This document shows positions 28,098 through 41,735 of a stretch of DNA of 64,000 nt, piece by piece. The translations under genes and the position numbers were made by a program. The notes below the pieces were generated by a model. It was given only the letters and a program-made list of their open reading frames with translations. It did no database searches and was not told where the DNA came from. The stretch comes from Eledone cirrhosa (taxonomy: Eukaryota). The stretch is taken from NCBI GenBank assembly GCA_964016885.1, contig OZ024757.1, forward strand, positions 17,360,001 to 17,424,000, in the 5' to 3' direction. The first letter of the stretch is position 1, and every line of letters starts with the position of its first letter.

Positions 28098-28732
28098 GGT
28101 CTAAAGTCTGTCTCAGCCCAGAAGCTTATCAGGCTGGTGCTTATCCCGGTTTCTATTCCGTGAAGCGACTGAGAGTACAGGGCTCTCCATGGGACAGGGT
28201 GCCAGTCCATCACAGAGTTAAACCCCCAGCTATAACAGGTCCTCATTTTCAGCTGAGTATACTGGAACAATGTGAATTGAAATGTTTTGATCCAGCACAC
28301 AACACACAACCCAGTCCAGCACACAACACACAACCCAGTCCAGCACACAAGACACAACCCAGTCCAGCACACAAGACACAACCCAGTCCAGCACACAAGA
28401 CACAACCCAGTCCAGCACACAACACACAACCCAGTCCAGCACACAACACACAACCCAGTCCAGCACACAACACACAACCCAGTCCAGCACACAACACACA
28501 ACCCAGTCCAGCACACAACACACAACCCAGTCCAGCACACAACACACAACCCAGTCCAGCACACAACACACAACCCAGTCCAGCACACAACACACAACCA
28601 AGTCAAGCACACAACACACAACCCAGTCTAGCACACAACACACAACCCAGTCCAGCACACAACACACAACCCAGTCCAGGAATCAAACCTATGATATTAT
28701 GATCATTAGTCCAACACACCACTAGGCTATAT
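28098..28732 (-). mobile_element. CORE-type SINE interrupted by an internal 24-bp array
   Basis: Reverse complement aligns end to end with the SINE at 42246-42530. Confidence 0.85.
28291..28680. repeat. 24-bp minisatellite, ~16 copies (CCAGCACACAACACACAACCCAGT)
   Basis: Directly visible; produces the PAHNTQPS ORF. Confidence 0.97.
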
Positions 28733-28879
28733 ACCTCCACAATATTATTTACTTGTCCTAATATTTTGGGTGTAAAAACCTTTCATCAGAAGACTATAAT
28801 GTGAAAATGTCTTGAAGTTCATTTTTTGTTGTTAAAGGCTTGCCATTTAAGATGTTGTCTGTGGCATTATTGTACAAAA

Positions 28880-29330
28880 AGTTATCATATCAAATTATTT
28901 TGGAAGATTTTAATCTAAATAGAAACCTTTCAACGTGGGTAGTTTTGTTTCATAGAACCAGGGCTCGGTTTGGCTATATTGGTATCAAAAGGGTTAATGA
29001 AGAACTGTGAGGGATTTATTACAATTATAAGTTATTTTATTGCTTAAGATAGTAACTTAACATATGGTTCTTATATAAAATTATGTTGAAAGATTTTAAT
29101 TTCAATAGGAACCCTTCAAAGTGAGTGGTTTTGTTTCATAGGACCAGTGTTGGTTTTGATTGGGTTGGTAATTAAAGGGTTAAATATAGTCAATTAATTA
29201 AAAATTTTGCGGGGATTTACTAAAATTCTTAATTATTTCATTATTAAGGTAGTAACTTAACATATGGTTCTTATAAAAAAAAATATTTTAGATTTTATTT
29301 CAAACAGGAACCCTTTAAAATGGGTGTTGT
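28880..29330 (+). repeat. Tandem right-end segments of an AT-rich piggyBac-like MITE
   Basis: Units end TTGGTA..AAAGGGTTAA at ~28997 and ~29183. Confidence 0.65.
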
Positions 29331-29911
29331 TAAAGTTATTGTCGGCACTTCATTGTTTCCGACTACAACGGAACTGCCTGCTCATGAAATTAAAATGTAA
29401 GTGACTGAGCATTCCACAGACACGTGTACCATTAACATAGTTCTCAGGAAGATTCAGTATGGCACTGGGTCTATGTAACATAACTACCAGGGGTAGTTAT
29501 GTTACATAGACCCAGAGGTGGTTTGGGATCAGGTGATATCAAAATGGTTAAATCTACTTCTCCCAACCCCCACCCTCACCAACAATTCAAGGCCTTGCCC
29601 CACTCTCTTATTAACTGTTGTTGTTGTTTTACGTTTTTTATTTGTTTGTTTGTTTCATTTCATGTTCACAATTTTGTTACATATATTCTCTCCCCCCCAC
29701 TCCTACATTTACTCCTCCCTCTCCCATATCTACTCCTTCCACCCCCCACATCTACACCCTCCACTTCACATCTTCACACCCCTCCTCTCACCCCACCTCT
29801 GACAACTTCACACCCCTACTACCACCCCAAATCTATACCCCTCCCAACCACACTATAGATTCTTATTTTGTACTAAAATAGCTTTGGTAAAATTAGTTTC
29901 TAAGGCTGATT

Positions 29912-32900
29912 GCAGCAATAGTAGCAACAGTAGCGGTAGTAGTATTAGTGGTAGTAGTAGCAACAGTAGTGGTAGTAGTAGCAACAGTAGTGGTAGTAGT
30001 ATCAACAGTAGCGGTAGTAGTATTAGTGGTAGTAGTAGCAACAGTAGCGGTAGTAGTATTAGTGGTAGTAGTAGCAACAGTAGTGGTAGTAGTATTAGTG
30101 GTAGTAGTAGCAACAGTAGTGGTAGTAGTATTAGTGGTAGTAGTAGCAACAGTAGTGGTAGTAGTATTAGTGGTAGTAGTAGCAACAGTAGTGGTAGTAG
30201 TATTAGTGGTAGTAGTAGCAACGGTAGTGGTAGTAGTATTAGTGGTAGTAGTAGCAACAGTAGTGGTAGTAGTATTAGTGGTAGTAGTAGCAACAGTAGT
30301 GGTAGTAGTATTAGTGGTAGTAGTAGCAACAGTAGCGGTAGTAGTATTAATGGTAGTAGTAGCAACAGTAGTGGTAGTAGTATTAGTGGTAGTAGTAGCA
30401 ACAGTAGTGGTAGTAGTATTAGTGGTAGTAGTAGCAACGGTAGTGGTAGTAGTATTAGTGGTAGTAGTAGCAACAGTAGCGGTAGTAGTATTAGTGGTAG
30501 TAGTAGCAACAGTAGCGGTAGTAGTATTAGTGGTAATAGTAGCAACAGTAGTGGTAGTAGTATTAGTGGTAGTAGTAGCAACAGTAGTGGTAGTAGTATT
30601 AGTGGTAGTAGTAGCAACAGTAGTGGTAGTAGTATTAGTGGTAGTAGTAGCAACGGTAGTGGTAGTAGTATTAGTGGTAGTAGTAGCAACAGTAGTGGTA
30701 GTAGTATTAGTGGTAGTAGTAGCAACAGTAGCGGTAGTAGTATTAGTGGTAGTAGTAGCAACAGTAGTGGTAGTAGTATTAGTGGTAGTAGTAGCAACAG
30801 TAGTGGTAGTAGTATTAGTGGTAGTAGTAGCAACAGTAGTGGTAGTAGTATTAGTGGTAGTAGTAGCAACAGTAGTGGTAGTAGTATTAGTGGTAGTAGT
30901 AGCAACGGTAGTGGTAGTAGTATTAGTGGTAGTAGTAGCAACAGTAGTGGTAGTAGTATTAGTGGTAGTAGTAGCAACAGTAGTGGTAGTAGTATTAGTG
31001 GTAGTAGTAGCAACGGTAGTGGTAGTAGTATTAGTGGTAGTAGTAGCAACAGTAGTGGTAGTAGTATTAGTGGTAGTAGTAGCAACGGTAGTGGTAGTAG
31101 TATTAGTGGTAGTAGTAGCAACAGTAGTGGTAGTAGTATTAGTGGTAGTAGTAGCAACAGTAGTGGTAGTAGTATTAGTGGTAGTAGTAGCAACAGTAGT
31201 GGTAGTAGTATTAGTGGTAGTAGTAGCAACGGTAGTGGTAGTAGTATTAGTGGTAGTAGTAGCAACAGTAGTGGTAGTAGTATTAGTGGTAGTAGTAGCA
31301 ACGGTAGTGGTAGTAGTATTAGTGGTAGTAGTAGCAACAGTAGTGGTAGTAGTATTAGTGGTAGTAGTAGCAACAGTAGTGGTAGTAGTATTAGTGGTAG
31401 TAGTAGCAACGGTAGTGGTAGTAGTATTAGTGGTAGTAGTAGCAACAGTAGTGGTAGTAGTATTAGTGGTAGTAGTAGCAACGGTAGTGGTAGTAGTATT
31501 AGTGGTAGTAGTAGCAACAGTAGTGGTAGTAGCAACAGTAGTGGTAGTAGTATTAGTGGTAGTAGTAGCAACAGTAGTGGTAGTAGTATTAGTGGTAGTA
31601 GTAGCAACGGTAGTGGTAGTAGTATTAGTGGTAGTAGTAGCAACAGTAGTGGTAGTAGTATTAGTGGTAGTAGTAGCAACGGTAGTGGTAGCAACAGTAG
31701 TGGTAGTAGTATTAGTGGTAGTAGTAGCAACAGTAGTGGTAGTAGTATTAATGGTAGTAGTAGCAACAGTAGCGGTAGTAGTATTAGTGGTAGTAGTAGC
31801 AACAGTAGTGGTAGTAGTATCAACAGTAGCGGTAGTAGTATTAGTGGTAGTAGTAGCAACAGTAGTGGTAGTAGTATTAGTGGTAGTAGCAGCAACAGTA
31901 GCGGTAGTAGTATTAGTGGTAGTAGTAGCAACAGTAGTGGTAGTAGTATTAGTGGTAGTAGCAGCAACAGTAGCGGTAGTAGTATTAGTGGTAGTAGTAG
32001 CAACAGTAGTGGTAGTAGTATTAGTGGTAGTAGTAGCAACAGTAGTGGTAGTAGTATTAGTGGTAGTAGTAGCAACAGTAGTGGTAGTAGTATTAGTGGT
32101 AGTAGTAGCAACAGTAGTGGTAGTAGTATTAGTGGTAGTAGTAGCAACAGTAGTGGTAGTAGTATTAGTGGTAGTAGTAGCAACAGTAGTGGTAGTAGTA
32201 TTAGTGGTAGTAGTAGCAACAGTAGTGGTAGTAGTATTAGTGGTAGTAGTAGCAACAGTAGTGGTAGTAGTATTAGTGGTAGTAGTAGCAACAGTAGTGG
32301 TAGTAGTATTAGTGGTAGTAGTAGCAACAGTAGTGGTAGTAGTATTAGTGGTAGTAGTAGCAACAGTAGTGGTAGTAGTATCAACAGTAGCGGTAGTAGT
32401 ATTAGTGGTAGTAGTAGCAACAGTAGTGGTAGTAGTATTAGTGGTAGTAGTAGCAACAGTAGTGGTAGTAGTATTAGTGGTAGTAGTAGCAACAGTAGCG
32501 GTAGTAGTATTAGTGGTAGTAGTAGCAACAGTAGCGGTAGTAGTATTAGTGGTAGTAGTAGCAACAGTAGCGGTAGTAGTATTAGTGGTAGTAGTAGCAA
32601 CAGTAGCGGTAGTAGTATTAGTGGTAGTAGTAGCAACAGTAGCGGTAGTAGTATTAGTGGTAGTAGTAGCAACAGTAGTGGTAATAGTATTAGTGGTAGT
32701 AGCAGCAACAGTAGCGGTAGTAGTATTAGTGGTAGTAGCAGCAACAGTAGCGGTAGTAGTATTAGTGGTAGTAGTAGCAACAGTAGTGTTAGTAGTATTA
32801 GTGGTAGTAGTAGCAACAGTAGCGGTAGTAGTATTAGTGGTAGTAGCAGCAACAGTAGCGGTAGTAGTATTAGTGGTAGTAGCAGCAACAGTAGCGGTAG

Positions 32901-34145
32901 TAGTATTAGTGGTAGTAGTAGCAACAGTAGTGGTAGTAGTATTAGTGGTAGTAGTAGCAACAGTAGCGGTAGTAGTATTAGTGGTAGTAGTATCAACAGT
33001 AGTGGTAGTAGTATTAGTGGTAGTAGTAGCAACAGTAGCGGTAGTAGTATTAGTGGTAGTAGTAGCAACAGTAGCGGTAGTAGTATTAGTGGTAGTAGTA
33101 GCAACAGTTGTGGTAGTAGTATTAGTGGTAGTAGTAGCAACAGTAGTGGTAGTAGTATTAGTGGTAGTAGTAGCAACAGTAGTGGTAGTAGTATTAGTGG
33201 TAGTAGCAGCAACAGTAGCGGTAGTAGTATTAGTGGTAGTAGTAGCAACAGTAGTGGTAGTAGTATTAGTGGTAGTAGTAGCAACAGTAGCGGTAGTAGT
33301 ATTAGTGGTAGTAGTATCAACAGTAGCGGTAGTAGTATTAGTGGTAGTAGTAGCAACAGTAGCGGTAGTAGTATTAGTGGTAGTAGTAGCAACAGTAGTG
33401 GTAGTAGTATTAGTGGTAGTAGTAGCAACAGTAGCGGTAATAGTATTAGTGGTAGTAGTAGCAACAGTAGTGGTAGTCGTATTAGTGGTAGTAGTAGCAA
33501 CAGTAGTGGTAGTAGTAGCAACAGTAGTGGTAGTAGTATTAGTGGTAGTAGTAGCAACAGTAGTGGTAGTAGTATTAGTGGTAGTAGTAGCAACAGTAGC
33601 GGTAGTAGTATTAGTGGTAGTAGTAGCAACAGTAGCGGTAGTAGTATTAGTGGTAGTAGTAGCAACAGTAGTGATAGTAGTATTAGTGGTAGTAGTAGCA
33701 ACAGTAGCGGTAGTAGTATTAGTGGTAGTAGTAGCAACAGTAGCGGTAGTAGTATTAGTGGTAGTAGTAGCAACAGTAGCGGTAGTAGTATTAGTGGTAG
33801 TAGTAGCAACAGTAGTGGTAGTAGTATTAGTGGTAGTAGTAGCAACAGTAGCGGTAGTAGTATTAGTGGTAGTAGTAGCAACAGTAGCGGTAGTAGTATT
33901 AGTGGTAGTAGTAGCAACAGTAGTGGTAGTAGTATTAGTGGTAGTAGTAGCAACAGTAGTGGTAGTAGTATTAGTGGTAGTAGCAGCAATAGTAGCAGTA
34001 GTAGTAGAAGTAGAAGTAACAGTAGTAGTAATAGTATTAGTGGTAGTAGTAGCAGTAGTAACAACAGTAGTGGTAGTAGTAGCAACAGTAGTGGTGGTGG
34101 TAGTAGTAGTAGCAGTAGTAGTAGTGGTAGTAGCAGTAGTAGTAT
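29912..34145. repeat. 36-bp minisatellite, ~110-115 copies
   Basis: Unit AGTGGTAGTAGTAGCAACAGTAG(T/C)GGTAGTAGTATT. Confidence 0.98.
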
Positions 34146-34192
34146 GATAGATTCTACTTTTATCTTTCCACATTGATTTTTTTCCTTCACCT

Positions 34193-35515
34193 CACCACCA
34201 CCACCACAACAACAACCCCTTCTACCAACCACCACACCACAACAACAACAACCCCTTCTACCAACCACCACCACAACAACAACCCCCTTTACCAACCACC
34301 ACCACCTCCACAACAACAACCCCCTCTACCAACCACCACCACCACCACCACAACAACAATCCCTTCTACCAACCACCACCACAACAACAGCCCCCTTTAC
34401 CAACCACCACCACCACCACCACAACAACAATCCCTTCTACCAACCACCACCACCACCACAACAACAACCCCCTTTACCAACCACCACCACCACCACCACA
34501 ACAACAATCCCTTCTACCAACCACCACCACAACAACAACCCCCTTTACCAACCACCACCACCACCACCACCACAACAACAACCCCCTCTACCAACCACCA
34601 CCACCACCACAACAACAATCCCTTCTACCAACCACCACCACAACAACAACCCCTTTACCAACCACCACCACCACTACAACAACAACAACCCCCTTTACCA
34701 ACCACCACCACCACCACCACCACAACAACAACCCCTTCTACCAACCATCACAACAACAACAACCCCCTCTACCAACCACCACCACCACCACAACAACAAT
34801 CCCTTCTACCAACCACCACCACAACAACAACCCCCTTTACCAACCACCACCACCACCACCACAACAACAACAACCCCCTCTATCAACCACCACCACCACC
34901 ACAACAACAATCCCTTCTACCAACCACCACCACAACAACAACCCCTTTACCAACCACCACCACCACCACAACAACAACCCCCTTTACCAACCACCACCAC
35001 AACAACAACCCCCTTTACCAACCACACCACCACCACCACAACAACCCCCTTTACCAACCACCACCACCACCACAACAACAGCCCCCTTTACCAACCACCA
35101 CCACCACAACAACAACCTCTTCTACCAACCACCACCACCACAACAACAACAACCCCCTCTACCAACCACCACCACCACAACAACCCCCTCTACCAACCAC
35201 CACCACCACCACCACCACAACAACAACTCCTTCTACCAACCACCACCACCACCACCACAACAACAACAACAACCCCTTCTACCAACCACCACCACCACCA
35301 CCACAACAACAACAATACCCTCTACCAACCACCACCACCACCACCACCACCTCAACAACAACAACCCCTTCTACCAACCACCACCACCACCACAACAACA
35401 ACAACCCCCTCTACCAACCACCACCACCACCACCACCACAACAACAACAACCCCCTCTACCAACCACCACCACCACCACAACAACAACCCCCTCTACCAA
35501 CTACCACCACCACTA
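34193..35515. repeat. Degenerate TACCAA(CCA)n(CAA)nCCCCT minisatellite
   Basis: Directly visible. Confidence 0.95.
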
Positions 35516-35799
35516 TGCCGTCCCAGTTCTGTTTCAAGAATCCTTATTGGTTAATGGAACATTCATTGCTCTCTCTGCTCTATGTATGTGTGTGTATGGC
35601 TGTGTATATATATGTATGCAGATATATGTGTATATATATATATATATATAGTTTTAATATAGATGAGATTCTACGATGATTTCTAAAGAATGAAACAGTT
35701 CTAGTCCTGTAGAATCTCATCTATATTAAAACTTTTATACTCTGCAATGTATTGAGTACCTTACTTACTGTGGTTACCTCCGATTCAACCCGGAATAAC

Positions 35800-35839
<40 letters not shown>

Positions 35840-35884
35840 TGGAAAATGTGTGAAATTTTTAATACCGTTAGGTATACTTAAAAA

Positions 35885-36325
35885 AAGGAAAAGAATGACT
35901 TCACTTGTTCTAAACAATTTAATTTAATTTTATAATATTATAATTTTACAATTTGGTTTTATAGATCTAGTAAGTTCTTTGTTAACTTCGGTGGAGAGAT
36001 TTTTTAAAGATTCCTGGTTAACTTTCCTGGAGAACTTTAATTCCTTTAAATTTTCATCAACACTCATTAACACCCCCTCCCCCAGACACACTCAAATCTC
36101 TTATATATAGACATATATATCACAACACAACCTGAGATCCGTTTGAGAATTGCCACCGACGAATGTGAGAAAGTTCTTCAGGGAATTTAACCAGGAATCT
36201 TTAAAAAAATCTCCCCACCGAAGTTAACAAAGAACTTACTAGATCTACAAAACTAAATTATAAAATTATAATATAAAATTAAATTAAATTGTTTAGAACA
36301 ACTGAAGTCATTCTTCTCCTTATTT
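35885..36325. repeat. Inverted repeat, ~155-bp arms
   Basis: 35885-36038 versus 36170-36325, with several mismatches. Confidence 0.9.
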
Positions 36326-36328
36326 TAA

Positions 36329-36394
<66 letters not shown>

Positions 36395-36513
36395 GTAGGA
36401 GGTGAGTTTTATTGTAGTACAATAAAGCAATGCAAATATCGGATAATATAAATAGCATGCTGTCAGCATGACTTGGCAAGCTATTTAGAACACTGGTTTA
36501 ACCGCTTTACTTC

Positions 36514-36548
36514 CCTCCGAAGAAGAGATATTATCTCGAAAATTAAGG
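36514..36548 (+). ncRNA. Degenerate minimal hammerhead motif (U4 changed to C)
   Basis: CCT-CCGAAGA-A-GAGATA(T)TATCTC-GAAA-ATT-A-AGG; palindromic AATT stem III. Confidence 0.45.
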
Positions 36549-36736
36549 ACATTTAAATAAATCTAAAGTAAAAGACTAATTGTCAACAATAATCTTTTGC
36601 ATTTGCATTCTTTATTCTATGTCCATACCTACATTGTTTTGGCTTTATTATACATATACAAACGTTTATACCTCATTACACAATACTTAAAGTGAACTAT
36701 ACTTCCTCCCATATATATATATATATATATCATCAT

Positions 36737-37056
36737 TTCATTTTACGTCCGCTTTTTCCCTGCTTGCAAGGGTGGGACGGGAACTGATTTTGGCTTGATT
36801 TCTACAGCTGGATGCCCTTCCTAACACCAACCTCATTTTCAGTGAGTGCTGGGTGCTTTTTTGCCGTGGCACCTCCACGACCACTTTGCAGTGGAATGAT
36901 ATGGACGCCAGTCCTATCATCTCATTTCTACAGCTGAGTAAACTGGAGCAATGTGAAATAAAGTGTCTTGCTCAAGGAAACAACACATGACCCGGTCTGA
37001 GAGTTGAAACCACAACCTTTCGATTGCAAGGCCAATGCTGTAACCACTAAGCCATG
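36737..37056 (-). mobile_element. CORE-type SINE with RTE-derived tail
   Basis: Reverse complement of 40165-40520. Confidence 0.88.
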
Positions 37057-37058
37057 TG

Positions 37059-37149
<91 letters not shown>

Positions 37150-37150
<1 letters not shown>

Positions 37151-37550
37151 TGCAAAAGTTGTATTTAAAATTGTTGGGATACAACAAGTAAATATTTTTA
37201 TAACTGATATAAAGCACTCGACAAGTATTTGGAGTAGATATACGATATTAATAAATGGAAACTATATTTATAAAACCATATTTATTTCATTATACATATT
37301 TCAGGGATACCAAATTAAATTATGGTATACCTTCATCACACAAAATACAATATATAACAGTTTTACTATCCAGATGGCCTCCAAAAATTATGGTCGCATT
37401 TTAAAAGGGTACGTCAAAGCTTATTTGTAAAACTGTTATATATTGTATTTTGTCTGATGAAGGCATACCATAATTTAATTTGGTATCCCTGAAATATGTA
37501 TAATGAAATAAATATGGTTTTATAAATATAGTTTCCATTTATTAATATCG

Positions 37551-37553
<3 letters not shown>
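37150..37553 (+). mobile_element. Pseudo-LTR-like element (family B) with internal fold-back and hammerhead-like core
   Basis: CTGATGA-AGGCATACCA...TGGTATCCCT-GAAA at 37454-37494; inverted copy at 37238-37366; opposite-strand copy at 38750-39005. Confidence 0.65.
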
Positions 37554-37583
<30 letters not shown>

Positions 37584-38089
37584 GATACATATTGAGTCAG
37601 ATACTCAAAATAGTCTCTTACAATTAAATAACTCAAAGAAAGAAGTTTTTCTGAGCCGTGTAATATAATTGAATATAAAAGAGAGATATAAACATACATG
37701 TGTTCAAATTGTAAGGGACCAAATTCGCTAGGGTGGAAAAAATACTAACTATAGCAATATGGTTTGCCAGACTCAATTTAAAGTAATAAATCAAAAAAAA
37801 GAAAAACAAACCTATATTAGGCAACTACTTGAACACCCAGACAGCTTTGGTGGCTGAATTTGAACACATGTATGTTTATATCTGCGTTTATCTCTCTTTT
37901 ATATTCAATTATATATATATATATGTATTAAGGATACTATTTATGGTTATGTATGTAATAAAACCTTTTATGGTTATATATTTTACATACAAACCCTAAA
38001 TAGTGAAAGATAGGCATTAATTACTATCTTATTACCAGTAAGATAAATAGCTCAATGTAATAACATCGGTTGTTTTACAGAGCAGTTAT

Positions 38090-38177
38090 ATAGAGATTAC
38101 AATAATCAAAGTTCAGTTTAAATCATTTATTTGCTTATAAATGATTTAAACTGAACTTTGATTATTGTAATCTCTAT
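38090..38177. repeat. Perfect hairpin, 41-bp arms, 6-nt loop
   Basis: ATAGAGATTACAATAATCAAAGTTCAGTTTAAATCATTTAT-ttgctt-reverse complement. Confidence 0.95.
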
Positions 38178-38412
38178 CATCATCATCATCATCATCATCA
38201 GGTTTAGCGTCCGTGTTCCACGCTTGCATGGGTTTGGACGGGGGTTTTCCCACTTGAGGCAAGAGTGGTTGTCTTGCTCGCATAGGACTGTCTGGCGGGT
38301 TTTCTACAGTTGGATGCCCTTCCTAACACCAACCACATTTACAGTGTGGGGCTGGGAGGTTTTTACCGTGTTGCCTACATGGCCACATTACAGCGTGGAC
38401 TGTCTGGCGGGA
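38177..38412 (-). mobile_element. RTE 3'UTR fragment
   Basis: Same family as 7261-7782; ends at the 112-bp duplication junction. Confidence 0.85.
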
Positions 38413-39000
38413 CTCTATATATATATGTAAGAATATTTTCGAAACAGCAAGCGAGTTTGAAATTAGAAATATAAGCTATCGCCGTATTTTGACTAAAGAA
38501 ATTATTTAGCCTGATAGAGGAGTTAAGAACCCTCGAAGAAATGGAAAAAGATGAGTATAAGCGATAGCTTATATTTCTAATATATATATATATAGTAATA
38601 ATAATAAATGTGAAGACTAAAATCCAAAGAGGGCTCGATAAGGATAAATATATATCAAATATATAAGAACCGTAGAGCAAATATTTATTAAAATAACAGA
38701 TTAAATTTTAATCTGTTATTTTAATAAATATATATATATATATATATACAGTATTAATAAATGGAAATTATATTTATAAAACCATATTTATTTCATTATA
38801 TATATTTCAAGGATACCAAGTTAAATCATGGTATGCCTTCATCAGACAAAATACAATATATAACAGTTTTACAAATAGATAATTGACATACCCTTTCAAA
38901 AAGGTGACCGTTGTTTTTGGAGGCCATCCGGATAAAGAGTGCTTTATATCAGTTATAATAATATTTGCTTGTTGTATCCCAACAATTTAAATTGAACTTT

Positions 39001-39050
<50 letters not shown>

Positions 39051-39249
39051 ATGTCAAAAGACCAAGGTTACCCACTCACATTTATTCTTTAATTTCTACG
39101 TCTATTTCAATACGGTTACAATGTTAGATGCATATGCCAAACAATTGGCAATGATTAGTTATCAATTATCAACACCACACATAATAATTATAACTCGCAT
39201 ATACCAAATATAACAGTGAAGTTCTCCACTACAATCACATATATTATAA

Positions 39250-39281
<32 letters not shown>

Positions 39282-39334
39282 ATATATATATGTATATATA
39301 TATCTTTCTATTTCTTCTTTAATTTCTCATTCTT

Positions 39335-39370
39335 TCTTCTGATGAAGGACTAGTGTCCAAAACGTCAAAA
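39335..39370 (+). ncRNA. Hammerhead motif with GAAA mutated to AAAA (family A)
   Basis: TCTT-CTGATGA-A-GGAC(TAGT)GTCC-AAAA-CGT-C-AAAA. Confidence 0.5.
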
Positions 39371-39684
39371 CTCTCTTCCTGCTATTTCAAGCATTAAACT
39401 AATATATTCCTTCCATGTACTGTGCCATTTGTTTTGTTATATTTGTTATTTCTGTTTACCTTTTACATATCATCATCATCATCGATTAACGTCCATCTTC
39501 CACGTTAGCATGGGTTAGACGGGTCCAATTTAGAGGCAAGTTGTGTCGGGTGACCGTGTCTCGCTCATATAGGGGTGTTTCTGGGTGGTTTTCTACAGTT
39601 GGATGCCCTTCCTAACGCCAACCACATTGACAGTGTTAGGTGGGTGCTTTTAGCCATGTCTTTTACACATCCACTTTATGTATG

Positions 39685-39715
<31 letters not shown>

Positions 39716-39717
39716 TT

Positions 39718-39793
<76 letters not shown>

Positions 39794-39802
39794 GTATATT
39801 TC

Positions 39803-39883
<81 letters not shown>

Positions 39884-40164
39884 GTATATATATATAGGAA
39901 CAAGTATGACCCAGGCGGCAGAGTTCAAGCCGTTTCAACGGTTATTTCTGGATTTCAACGGCTATTTCCGTCCAGAAATAGCCGTCGAAACGGCTTGAGC
40001 TCTGCCGTCGGGGTCATACTTGTTCCTTACCACAATTCCTTTGTTATATATATATATATAATTGATAGATTCCTGATATATATTGAAAAGTGTCCACAGT
40101 TAAAAACGGTACTCAATATGTTAGTAGAGTATAGACATTTATTTTATTATAGAAATCACTCCTA

Positions 40165-40488
40165 CATGGCTTAGTGGTTAGAGCATTGGCCTTGCAATCG
40201 AAAGGTTGTGAGTTCAATTCTCAGACCGGGTGATGTGCTGTTTCCTTGAGCAAGACACTTTATTTCACATTGCTCCAGTTTACTCAGCTGTAGAAATGAG
40301 ATGATAGGGACTGGGGTCCCTATCATTCCACTGCAAAGTGGTCGTGGAGGTGCCACGGCAAAAAAGCACCCAGCACTCACTGTAAATGAGGTTGGTGTTA
40401 GGAAGGGCATCCAGCTGTAGAAATCAAGCCAGAATCAGTTCCCGTCCCACCCTCCTTGCAAGCAGGGAAAAAGCGGACGTAAAATGAA

Positions 40489-40520
<32 letters not shown>
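40165..40520 (+). mobile_element. Full-length CORE-type SINE with RTE-derived 3' tail and (GAT)n end
   Basis: TGGCTTAGTGG A-box, GAGTTCAATTC B-box, CORE-like middle; tail homologous to the LINE 3'UTR at 11535-11700. Confidence 0.9.
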
Positions 40521-40522
<2 letters not shown>

Positions 40523-40918
40523 CTAGTACTGGGGTCAGTTCTTCCTCTAAATCTCTTTCTCATTTCCCCTCTCTCACTTTCTATCCTTCTCTGGAAGAAA
40601 TCTGCTGTACTCAGTCCTGGAGAGGGATGGGCTCCATCAGGCTTAAAATGTCCGAGAAATGCCGTATGTCAATACAGCACCTCAATGTCTCTATCTGGAG
40701 TTACATGACCATACAATACTATACATACATACACACTTACATAGATACATGCACACATACACATAGGTATGTGTGTGTGTACATGTCTGTAAGCCCTTCC
40801 TAACACCAACAACTTTACAGAGTGTACTAGGTGCAATTTATTGTGCCATCGACACTAGCAAGGTTGACATGGTCTTGACATGTCCCAAATCGCTTTGGAA
40901 GATTTAAATTTAAATACT

Positions 40919-41147
40919 CTAACCCTTTAGCTTTCACATTGTTCTATATTTACTATTGTATTTTCACGAAAAACACTTTATTTCACACAATTATCTCACA
41001 TAATATAGAATCTACGAAATTTTGATAATATTTATTTTGAGAACAATACTTTAACATAAGTATGAGCAGCCAGTTACAGCTGGTTTGAACAGAATAAAAG
41101 GCGAGAGAATTCTGGCCGGATACGGTCGGTTTAAATGCTAAAGGGTT
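40919..41147. mobile_element. piggyBac-like MITE
   Basis: AACCCTTTAGC...GCTAAAGGGTT terminal inverted repeats. Confidence 0.8.
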
Positions 41148-41490
41148 CATATAGTTGGTTATATTTCATCACCGCTACACCACCATCCTACTACCTCACC
41201 AATTAACCAATCAACCAAACTACCTCTCCACCATCAGCCCACACCACCATCCCACCATTTTACCATCATACCATCTCACCACCCCATCAACCATCCTAAC
41301 CACCATCTCACTAACCCACCTACCATCCTAACCACCATCTCACCACCCCACCATCAGTTCACCCCACTGCCCCGACCACACCAACATCTATGAACATAAA
41401 TGAACATTTAATCAAGTAGGAAGGTGTTTTTGAGGTAACGTACATTCCATAATAAATGAAGAAATTACATGTCCCCTCCACCACCCTCTT

Positions 41491-41540
<50 letters not shown>

Positions 41541-41694
41541 ACATATGTGTGTGTGTACATATGTATACATCATCATTTAACATCTATTTTCCATGCTAAC
41601 ATTGGTCAGAGAGAGCATATATATATATATATGTATATAAACTCATACACAAGAATATTAGCACACATACACACAAATGCACCCCATATATATA

Positions 41695-41735
<41 letters not shown>

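Noticed and set aside
29853-34319. 1488-aa poly-Leu and 1399-aa poly-Val ORFs
   Set aside because: Alternative frames of the 36-bp repeat with implausible composition.
34173-35651. Pro/Gln/Thr/His-rich 492-aa ORF
   Set aside because: Cycles through all three frames of a CCA/CAA repeat; no frame preference.
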